Below, piece after piece: positions 30,412-37,815 of a stretch of 64,000 nt of DNA. The stretch comes from Burkholderiaceae bacterium (lineage in GTDB: Bacteria; Pseudomonadota; Gammaproteobacteria; Burkholderiales; Burkholderiaceae_C): the NCBI GenBank assembly GCA_049296795.1, contig JBAQTC010000013.1, positions 90,527-154,526 on the forward strand. The letters run 5' to 3'. A program made the position numbers and the translations under genes. Numbering within the stretch: position 1 is the first letter of the stretch; every line of letters starts with the position of its first letter. A model generated the notes under the pieces. It saw only the letters and a list, made by a program, of their open reading frames with translations, had not been told where the DNA came from and did not search any database.

Positions 30412-30684
30412 ATGCCAGCTCCAAGCACCACCCACCCACCTCAAAGAAACACAGCGCACGGGGTTTCGGACTTCATTGCGAAGAACCAACATGCCAGATG
30501 GACCGGCGGTTCGGGTGCCCGGGCGCAGGCCCGATTCGCGGTTGCTACAGATTTCGTGGGCCTGATGCGACATTAACGCAGCAGCGCAGGTTCTCACATT
30601 CAGACGCCCGCGAACCTGGGCTGGAGAACGGGCACCCAATCCACCGGTCTTGCCAACAGTTACGCGCGCAAAGGAGGCTGCAGC
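30412..30684 (-). repeat. Family-A structured intergenic repeat, copy 2 (truncated at the xerC-proximal end)
   Basis: Reverse complement aligns to 19376-19632. It retains one arm of the 23-nt stem (30522-30544) but lacks the partner arm. An internal GGGTGCCCG (30513-30521) / CGGGCACCC (30629-30637) pairing is present. Confidence 0.8.
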
Positions 30685-30711
30685 TTAGCGAGGCCGCTAC
30701 ACTTCCTACCT

Positions 30712-31782
30712 ATGAGTCTTATTCCCACTACTATCCTGACCGGCTTTCTGGGCTCGGGCAAAACCACCCTTCTCAAACGCGTTTTGAGCGAAGCCCATGG
30801 CCAAAAAATTGCCGTGATCGAAAACGAGTTTGGTGAAGAAAACATCGACAACGACATCCTGGTGTCTGACACCCAGGAGCAGATCATCCAGATGAGCAAT
30901 GGTTGCATTTGTTGCACCATACGGGAAGATTTGCGCAGCACGTTGCGTGATTTGGCAGAAAAAAAACGCAAGGGTGAGCTGGTGTTTGACCGCGTGGTGA
31001 TCGAGACCACCGGTTTGGCCGATCCGGGACCGGTGGCGCAAACATTCTTCATGGACGATGAAATTGCCGAGAGTTTTCTGTTGGATTCGATCCTGACCCT
31101 GGTCGATGCCAAACACGCAGCCCAGCAGTTGAACGACCGACAAGAAGCGCGGCGCCAGATCGGTTTTGCCGACCAGATTTTCATCAGCAAAACTGATTTG
31201 TGTACGGAAGCAGAGGTGCATGCTTTGCAGCACAGGCTGACGCACATGAACCCGCGTGCGCCACAAAAATCCGTCCATTTTGGCCAGGTGGCCTTGGCTG
31301 AAGTGTTTGATTTGAGGGGGTTTAACCTCAACGCCAAGCTGGATCTGGATCCGGACTTCTTGAAAGAAGAGCAGGACCAGCACGAACATGGTGCGCATGA
31401 AGGCCATGGGCACACGCACGAACACGACGCGCATTGCGATCACCCGTCGCACCAGCATGACGGCGCCCACCATCATCACCACGATGATGATGTGAAAAGT
31501 TTTGTTTTCCGCTCCGAGCGGGCTTTCAACCCGGCCAAGCTGGAGGATTTTTTGGGCGCCATTGTCAATATTTATGGCCCACGTATGTTGCGCTACAAAG
31601 GCGTACTGAATATGCAGGGAACCGAAAGAAAAGTGATTTTTCAGGGTGTTCACCAGCTCATGGGAAGTGATCTCGGGCCGCCATGGGCTGAGGGCGAAAC
31701 ACGCATCAGCAAAATGGTGTTCATTGGTATTGATTTGCCCAAGGATATTTTGTTGCAAGGGCTGGAGCAATCGTTGCAATGA
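30712..31782 (+). CDS. COG0523-family (CobW/ZigA/YeiR-like) metallochaperone GTPase with a His-rich insert
   Basis: Walker A GFLGSGKTT, the metal-binding motif NGCICCT, and the His-rich tract HEHGAHEGHGHTHEHDAHCDHPSHQHDGAHHHHHDDD before the CobW_C domain. Confidence 0.9.
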   Translation: MSLIPTTILTGFLGSGKTTLLKRVLSEAHGQKIAVIENEFGEENIDNDILVSDTQEQIIQMSNGCICCTIREDLRSTLRDLAEKKRKGELVFDRVVIETTGLADPGPVAQTFFMDDEIAESFLLDSILTLVDAKHAAQQLNDRQEARRQIGFADQIFISKTDLCTEAEVHALQHRLTHMNPRAPQKSVHFGQVALAEVFDLRGFNLNAKLDLDPDFLKEEQDQHEHGAHEGHGHTHEHDAHCDHPSHQHDGAHHHHHDDDVKSFVFRSERAFNPAKLEDFLGAIVNIYGPRMLRYKGVLNMQGTERKVIFQGVHQLMGSDLGPPWAEGETRISKMVFIGIDLPKDILLQGLEQSLQ

Positions 31783-31970
31783 GTTGCTAATTTGCAAGAG
31801 TCCGGTATTTCCTCGGATAAAGCTGTACACTCGCGCGCCGGTGAACTTTCTGTGTTGTTGCCTCAGGCAACAACAGCAAGGGCACTGGTGGTCCGGGTCG
31901 TGCTGAATTGAACTCATGCGCGGCGAGGGTAGAGAGCAAATGCAGGTCCTTCCTGTGAGGAGACAAAAAA

Positions 31971-33098
31971 GTGAAAACGAAAGCTGGAAAAGCCAAAGTG
32001 GCGGCCCCTGTGAAAAAAGCTGTTGTCAAGGCCAAGCCCGTCCTGAAGGTCCAAACTGTCGCCAAGGCCAAGGCCAAGCTCAAGCCCGTGGCCAAACCAG
32101 CGCTCAAAAAGCCAGTCGCCAAAAAACCAATGGCCAAACCGGCGGTTAAGAAGCCAATAGCCAGGCCGGTCGTTAAAAAACCAGTTGTGAAAAAAACGCA
32201 GGTCAAATCTGCGGTGAAAAAGCCGCTTGTTAAACCAGTCGTGAAGCCTGTCGCTAAACCCATCGTTAAGCCTATTGTTAAGCCAGCGGTCAAAAAACCA
32301 GCTGCCAAGTCGGCCGTAAAAAAACCAGTGGCCCAAGCCGAACCCAAAGCCAGTGCGAAGCCCTCCCCCAAGAAGCCCGTTCCCGTTAAATCTCCCCAAC
32401 CCCAGGTACAAGCCATTAAAACTGTTAGCCCCGCCCCTTCGCCTGTCGTTAAGGCAATGCCCGTAGCCCCTGTTGCGACCTCATCTTCCCAAGTACCTGC
32501 CAGAGCCGGTCGTCCATCGTCGCGTTTGGCGCAATTGACGGTTCCATCGATGGCACAGTCAGTGGCATCGACCGCTGCCAAAGCAAGTTTCTCCCAGCTC
32601 ACCACGGCGCCTGTTCTGGTTGCCCCACCGATGACGGCACCGAAAAAAAATCCCAAGCTGGCGAACCATTGGAAAACCAAGCCGGCAGCGGAACTGAGTG
32701 ATGACGAACTGCTTTCCATGCCCGATGAGGAGTACATGAATGCGGTTCAACTTAAGGTGTTTCGTTTGAAGTTAGTGGCCCTAAAGCAAGGTATTTTGAG
32801 CAGTGCGGGTGAAACTTCCGAGCATCTGCGGGAAGACACCGTGGTGGTGCCTGATCCGGCCGATCGCGCCACCATCGAAGAAGAGCACGCCTTGGAACTA
32901 CGTACCCGGGACCGTGAGCGTAAATTGCTCAAGAAAATCGAGCAGTCCATAGGGCGCATCGACGCGGATGACTACGGTTACTGTGACGAAACTGGCGAGC
33001 CGATCGGAGTGGGTCGCTTATTGGCCCGACCGACGGCCACCTTGTCGCTCGAAGCGCAGCAACGACGCGAACTCAAACAGAAAATGTTTGGCGATTGA
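31971..33098 (+). CDS. DksA/TraR-family RNAP secondary-channel factor with a degenerate zinc finger and a long Lys/Pro/Ala-rich (histone H1/AlgP-like) N-terminal domain
   Basis: The C-terminal roughly 125 aa align with DksA: the DPADRA coiled-coil tip (DxxDxA), LELRTRDRERKLLKKIE, and DYGYCDETGEPIGVGRLLARPTATLSLEAQ. Residues 1-250 are K/P/A/V repeats (KKPVAKKP, VKPVVKP). GTG 31971 is preceded by GAGGAGA. Confidence 0.8.
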   Translation: MKTKAGKAKVAAPVKKAVVKAKPVLKVQTVAKAKAKLKPVAKPALKKPVAKKPMAKPAVKKPIARPVVKKPVVKKTQVKSAVKKPLVKPVVKPVAKPIVKPIVKPAVKKPAAKSAVKKPVAQAEPKASAKPSPKKPVPVKSPQPQVQAIKTVSPAPSPVVKAMPVAPVATSSSQVPARAGRPSSRLAQLTVPSMAQSVASTAAKASFSQLTTAPVLVAPPMTAPKKNPKLANHWKTKPAAELSDDELLSMPDEEYMNAVQLKVFRLKLVALKQGILSSAGETSEHLREDTVVVPDPADRATIEEEHALELRTRDRERKLLKKIEQSIGRIDADDYGYCDETGEPIGVGRLLARPTATLSLEAQQRRELKQKMFGD

Positions 33099-33139
33099 AT
33101 TGGCCCGCAATGGACCCTTGAGCTAAACTCAAGCGGCCC

Positions 33140-34156
33140 ATGGCGAACAATCCCAAAGGTCCCCTGAAGTGGCTGAGCTTTCTGCGCAGTCCGCTGACCT
33201 CCAAGCCTGACCCAGTGCCCCCGGTCGCGGCCGAGGTCAATACGGCAGCGGAAAAGAGTGAGCGCAAACGCCAAATCGATTTTGTCCGCAAAGAAGAGTT
33301 GAATTACCTGCGCAAACTGCACCAGCTTCAGGCGGATCCTGAACACCCCCAGTCGTGGTCAGTGTTGCCCAGCAGTCTGTTGGCCGATTCGGAAAATAGA
33401 GCCCAGACGCTGAAAAAAATCAATGATATCGAAGCCCAAATGTCAGAGCAGGATTGGGCCATGGAGCCATTGAGTTCCATGCCGGCCGGCGAACTCGTTG
33501 CGTCAGACGCTCCGCCACCCCAAGAAATTCCCGTACAACAGGCGGCGCAATTGATGCAGCCGGTGCCTACCCCGACGCCGACCCCGACGAAAAGCCAGGT
33601 TGCGCCTGAGCTCGAGCACGCGGCGATTGGTTTTGCCAAGGGGGATGATGCGGGGGTGGAGCAGGAGTTGCTCAGCTATTTGGAGCGCGATCTAGCGCAT
33701 CCCGAGTTGGCCAAAGTTTGGTTGAATGCGTTGCTCGGCTTGTATCGGGCGACCGACCAACAAGCACGGCTTGAGGTTCGTGCTGCAGAATTCAAGCGGC
33801 GGTTTGGCGTTGATCCTGGGGCGGCTGCCCAGCCCATCGGGGAGCTCAATGCTTCGGTTGAAGCTGGGGGGCTTAGCCTGGTCGGGGCCATCACGGGCGA
33901 TGCCGCTGCCGCGTTGGAAACCCTCGATGCCGCCAGCCATGGCATGCGAGCGATCGTGATTGATTGTCGTGACCTGATTCGGCTTGATTTTTCTGCCACG
34001 GTCAGTCTTTTGAACTGGACAGCGCAGCGCCAGGCCGAAGCTTGCGAAATCCAATTTCAGAACGCGCACCCCCTGGCGGCGGCATTTTTGAATGTCGTTG
34101 GAATTGGGGAGTACGCCGGCATCGTTCCTTCCGGCTATGGAAACGACGTTAGCTGA
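33140..34156 (+). CDS. hypothetical protein with a C-terminal STAS-like (anti-sigma-antagonist fold) region
   Basis: 338-aa ORF with coding-like composition. The C-terminus (LSLVGAITGDAAAALETL...AIVIDCRDLIRLDFSATVSLLNW...IQFQNAHPLAAAFLNVVGI) resembles STAS domains. The N-terminal half is low-complexity or coiled. Confidence 0.65.
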   Translation: MANNPKGPLKWLSFLRSPLTSKPDPVPPVAAEVNTAAEKSERKRQIDFVRKEELNYLRKLHQLQADPEHPQSWSVLPSSLLADSENRAQTLKKINDIEAQMSEQDWAMEPLSSMPAGELVASDAPPPQEIPVQQAAQLMQPVPTPTPTPTKSQVAPELEHAAIGFAKGDDAGVEQELLSYLERDLAHPELAKVWLNALLGLYRATDQQARLEVRAAEFKRRFGVDPGAAAQPIGELNASVEAGGLSLVGAITGDAAAALETLDAASHGMRAIVIDCRDLIRLDFSATVSLLNWTAQRQAEACEIQFQNAHPLAAAFLNVVGIGEYAGIVPSGYGNDVS

Positions 34157-34196
34157 GCGCAACGCTTCTGAAGCCGTTTGGTTTTCAAGCATCACT

Positions 34197-34225
34197 TTGA
34201 CATATTGCGCTAAGTGCTTAATTTA
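34197..34225 (+). promoter_or_regulatory. candidate sigma70 promoter for the dcw cluster
   Basis: A perfect TTGACA at 34197-34202 is followed, after 16-17 nt, by TAATTT/AATTTA. It lies in the 256-nt AT-richer gap upstream of mraZ. This is sequence-pattern evidence only. Confidence 0.35.
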
Positions 34226-34330
34226 GAACGAATTTCACTTCGTAAATCCTCTCGAAATCGTTTCTAAGTCCTTGATTTCATTGAAAAAATTTGTTGCGAC
34301 ACGGCTGATAAGTTAGCTTTTTGCTGATAC

Positions 34331-34370
34331 AGTGCAAAAAAGTGCAATTAAGTGGGGAAAAGTGATGAAC
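34331..34370 (+). promoter_or_regulatory. putative MraZ operator: four direct AGTG-containing repeats with exact 10-bp phasing
   Basis: AGTGCAAAAA AGTGCAATTA AGTGGGGAAA AGTGATGAAC, located 43 nt upstream of the mraZ start. It resembles the published MraZ boxes (GTGGG / AAAGTG[T/G] direct repeats with 10-bp periodicity). Confidence 0.6.
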
Positions 34371-34412
34371 GCTTTCTCCTGTTTGCAAAATGACTAACGA
34401 GGAGTTGCTGTC

Positions 34413-34841
34413 GTGTTTCAAGGGGCTTCGTCTCTCAGTTTGGATGCCAAAGGACGGCTGTCGGTGCCGACTCGGCATCGTGACGTTCTGATTGCCACTG
34501 CGGCAGGTCAGCTCACGATGACCAAGCATCCGCACGGCTGTTTGATGGTGTTTCCGCGCCCTGAATGGGAAAAATTTAGGGAACGAATTGCTGCATTGCC
34601 GATGTCGGCTCAGTGGTGGAAGCGGATTTTCCTGGGCAACGCGATGGACGTCGAGATGGATGCGACGGGGCGGATTTTGGTGTCGCCCGAATTGCGTTCG
34701 GCCGCCGGCATCAATCGGGACACGGTGTTGCTGGGCATGGGCAACCATTTTGAGCTCTGGGATAAAGCCAGTTACGACGCGCAGGAGGCCAGGGCGATGC
34801 AAGAGAGCATGCCCGAGGTCTTCAAGGAATTTTCCTTCTGA
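34413..34841 (+). CDS. mraZ: transcriptional regulator MraZ
   Basis: (M)[22 protein letters not shown] and a second SpoVT-AbrB repeat, [13 protein letters not shown]. The GTG start is preceded by GAGGAG. Confidence 0.95.
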   Translation: MFQGASSLSLDAKGRLSVPTRHRDVLIATAAGQLTMTKHPHGCLMVFPRPEWEKFRERIAALPMSAQWWKRIFLGNAMDVEMDATGRILVSPELRSAAGINRDTVLLGMGNHFELWDKASYDAQEARAMQESMPEVFKEFSF

Positions 34842-34850
34842 AGGCCGACG

Positions 34851-35783
34851 GTGGAAACCTCATGGAAACACACCACCGTCTTGTTGAACGAAGCCGTCGA
34901 AGCACTGTTCAATCAGGCGCAAGACAGTGCCGAAGCTCAACAGACTTATGTCGATGCTACTTTTGGCCGCGGCGGACATTCGCAGCTGATTTTGAGTCGT
35001 TTGGCGAGTCAGGGTCATCTGATCGCTTTCGACAAAGACCCCGAAGCCGTGGCACAAGCTGCGCAAATCACCGACCCAAGATTTTCTATCCGGCACCAAG
35101 GCTTCAGCCATTTGGGCGAATTGCCACACGCCAGCGTGGCTGGGTTGTTGCTGGATTTGGGTATCAGTTCGCCTCAGATCGACAACCCGCAGCGGGGTTT
35201 CAGTTTCAGGTTCGAAGGACCGCTGGACATGCGCATGGACACCACACGGGGTCAAAGCGTTGCACAGTGGTTGGCAACAGCGGAGGTGGGTCAGATTGCG
35301 GAGGTGATACGTGATTACGGCGAAGAACGGTTTGCTGGGCCGATTGCAAAGGCGATTGTTGATCGCCGCCAAGCAAGAGGACCTCTCACCACCACCACCG
35401 AGTTGGCTCAGCTCGTGGCAGACACGGTCAAAACCCGCGAGGCGGGCCAGAACCCTGCAACACGGACATTCCAAGCTCTTCGGATTTTCATCAATGCCGA
35501 GCTTGAAGAGCTCAAACAAGCCTTAGAGGGCGCACTGGATGTACTTCAACCTGGGGGGCGATTGGTGGTGATCAGCTTCCATTCGTTGGAGGACCGGATT
35601 GTCAAGCAATTCATTGCCAAGCATTCACGCGATGAGTTCGACCGTCGCGCCCCATTCGCTGCGCCACGCCCCATGCGCCTGAAGGCGCTCGCGCGCATCA
35701 AACCGTTGGCTGCCGAAGTGGCCGCCAACCCCCGGGCGCGCAGCGCTGTGATGCGGGTGGCGATCAGGACGCAGACGCCATGA
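34851..35783 (+). CDS. rsmH: 16S rRNA (cytosine1402-N4)-methyltransferase
   Basis: [41 protein letters not shown] and [12 protein letters not shown] motifs. Confidence 0.95.
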   Translation: METSWKHTTVLLNEAVEALFNQAQDSAEAQQTYVDATFGRGGHSQLILSRLASQGHLIAFDKDPEAVAQAAQITDPRFSIRHQGFSHLGELPHASVAGLLLDLGISSPQIDNPQRGFSFRFEGPLDMRMDTTRGQSVAQWLATAEVGQIAEVIRDYGEERFAGPIAKAIVDRRQARGPLTTTTELAQLVADTVKTREAGQNPATRTFQALRIFINAELEELKQALEGALDVLQPGGRLVVISFHSLEDRIVKQFIAKHSRDEFDRRAPFAAPRPMRLKALARIKPLAAEVAANPRARSAVMRVAIRTQTP

Positions 35784-36073
35784 CCCGAATCAACCTGCTG
35801 TTGCTGTTCGCCGTCTTGCTGAGCGCCTTCTATTTGGTCGGGGTTCAGTATGAATCGCGACGCTTGGTGACGGACTTGGATAAGGCGGGGGCCGAAGCGC
35901 ACCGCTTGGAAGTTGAAAACGAACGTTTGCAACTCGAAAAGCGAGCTCAGGCCACACCGATGCGAGTCCAGAAGTTGGCACGCGAACAGTTGCAAATGCG
36001 CGGTGCCAGCCCGGCCATCACCCACTATGTCAAGCCGCCCGAGCAGCAAGCTGCCGCGCCAGGTGCGCCATGA
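35780..36073 (+). CDS. ftsL: cell division protein FtsL
   Basis: 97-aa bitopic protein with a TM segment ([17 protein letters not shown]) followed by a coiled coil, between rsmH and ftsI with overlapping junctions. Confidence 0.9.
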   Translation: MTRINLLLLFAVLLSAFYLVGVQYESRRLVTDLDKAGAEAHRLEVENERLQLEKRAQATPMRVQKLAREQLQMRGASPAITHYVKPPEQQAAAPGAP

Positions 36074-37815
36074 GTCGCAGCATCGTCTACACCACCAGCC
36101 CCTTGTTGGCCAGCCGAACCCCGGTATGGCGCAGCAAATTTGTGGTGGCCGCGATTGCCCTCGCATTCGCAGGTTTAGCAGGACGGGCCATCTACATCCA
36201 GGTCGTTGGCAATGCTTTCTTTAAGCGCCAAGGTGAGGTGCGCATTGCACGGACGCTGGAGTTGCCGGCGAATCGGGGCCGGATTCTGGATCGCAACGGC
36301 CTGATTCTGGCTTCCAATGTGGTGGCCCCGAGCATCTGGGCCATCCCGGAAGACGTAGACCAGCAAAGCCCAGAGGCCAGGGACAAATTGGTCAAATTGG
36401 CGAAATTGCTGGACATTTCTGTGGCCGATCTGGCTAAAAAATTGGAAGACGAAGACAAGACCTTTGTTTGGATCAAGCGTCAGGTCGATGAGGCCGTAGT
36501 TCAGCAAATCAAAGCACTCGAAATCAAGGGAATTCACGATCGCAAGGATTACAAACGCAAGTATCCCGAGGGTGAGGCGGCCGCCCATGTGGTGGGTTTC
36601 ACCAATGTGGAAAATTTGGGGCAAGAAGGGGTCGAGCTGTCTTTTGAGAAACAACTCAAAGGCCGCGCCGGTTCGCGTCGTGTCATCAAAGACCGACTGG
36701 GGCGGGTGGTCGAAGATGTGGGCGAGCAAGTGTCGCCGGTCGATGGCCCGGACTTGCAGCTCAGCATTGACAGCAAAGTGCAATTCTTCGCTTACCAAAA
36801 GTTGCGCGACGCGGTACTGGAGAACAAAGCCAAAGCCGGCAGCGTGGTGGTGCTCGATACGGTCACCGGTGAATTGCTGGCTTTGGCCAATTACCCCAGT
36901 TATATCCCCGACAAGCGGCAAAACCTGACCGGCGCGCAATTGCGCAATACCGCCATGACCGATGTGTTTGAGCCAGGCTCAACCATGAAGCCGTTCACAG
37001 TCGGCTTGGCGCTGGACACGGGCCGGGTGACGCCGGCCACGGTGATTCAGACAGCGCCGGGCAAATTGCAAATTACGGGATCTACCATAACGGACGCCCA
37101 TCCGCATGGCGCTTTGACGGTTGAGGAAGTGATACAGAAGTCGAGCAACGTCGGCACGGTGAAAATGGCGATGCAAATGCAGCCGCGCGAAATGTGGGAG
37201 CTTTTCTCTGCTGCCGGTTTTGGCCAAAAGCCACAAATTGAATTCCCAGGAGCCGTCACAGGGCGCTTGCGCCCGTATAAAACCTGGCGTCCGATTGAGC
37301 AGGCCACCATGGCTTATGGCTATGGTTTGTCGGCATCTTTGTTTCAAATGGCGCGCTCCTACACCGTGTTTGCCCACGATGGCCAAATCATTCCGGCCAC
37401 CATGCTTAAGAGTAATCATCCGGTACAAGGCGTGCAGGTTTTATCACCACAAACGGCAAGTCAGATGCGCAAGATGCTGCAAATGGCCGCCGGACCGGGC
37501 GGAACGGGGCAAAAAGCACAAACCATGGGCTACTCGGTCGGTGGCAAATCAGGAACTGCGCATAAACAGGTCGGGAAAAGCTACGCCAGCAACAAGTACC
37601 GCGCCTGGTTTACGGGCATGGCACCGATCGAGCAACCCCGCATCATCGTGGCCGTCATGATCGATGAGCCCAGTGCGGGCCAGTATTACGGCGGTGCGGT
37701 GGCGGCCCCAGTATTCAGCGAAGTGGTGCAGCAAACCTTGCGCCTGATGGGTGTGCAGCCCGACATGGCAGTCAAGCCCCAAATCGTGGCCAAAGCCGTG
37801 GAAGAAAGCTTCTGA
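36070..37815 (+). CDS. ftsI: peptidoglycan D,D-transpeptidase FtsI (PBP3)
   Basis: Motifs STMKPF (SxxK), SSN and KSGT, in the dcw position. Confidence 0.95.
   Translation: MSRSIVYTTSPLLASRTPVWRSKFVVAAIALAFAGLAGRAIYIQVVGNAFFKRQGEVRIARTLELPANRGRILDRNGLILASNVVAPSIWAIPEDVDQQSPEARDKLVKLAKLLDISVADLAKKLEDEDKTFVWIKRQVDEAVVQQIKALEIKGIHDRKDYKRKYPEGEAAAHVVGFTNVENLGQEGVELSFEKQLKGRAGSRRVIKDRLGRVVEDVGEQVSPVDGPDLQLSIDSKVQFFAYQKLRDAVLENKAKAGSVVVLDTVTGELLALANYPSYIPDKRQNLTGAQLRNTAMTDVFEPGSTMKPFTVGLALDTGRVTPATVIQTAPGKLQITGSTITDAHPHGALTVEEVIQKSSNVGTVKMAMQMQPREMWELFSAAGFGQKPQIEFPGAVTGRLRPYKTWRPIEQATMAYGYGLSASLFQMARSYTVFAHDGQIIPATMLKSNHPVQGVQVLSPQTASQMRKMLQMAAGPGGTGQKAQTMGYSVGGKSGTAHKQVGKSYASNKYRAWFTGMAPIEQPRIIVAVMIDEPSAGQYYGGAVAAPVFSEVVQQTLRLMGVQPDMAVKPQIVAKAVEESF

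Noticed and set aside
30394-30711. Cobalamin riboswitch or Zur box upstream of the CobW-like GTPase.
   Set aside because: I recognised no B12-box-like core and no AT-rich Zur palindrome. The region is accounted for by the family-A repeat. A covariance-model or PWM scan would be needed to be definitive.
31787-32737. 316-aa ORF on the minus strand opposite the Lys-rich region (also 31914-32411 -).
   Set aside because: It is an antisense shadow of the repetitive AAA/AAG/CCN coding region. Its Phe/Gly/Leu/Thr low-complexity translation is the mirror image of K/P/A/V repeats. The plus-strand frame continues into a bona fide DksA domain.
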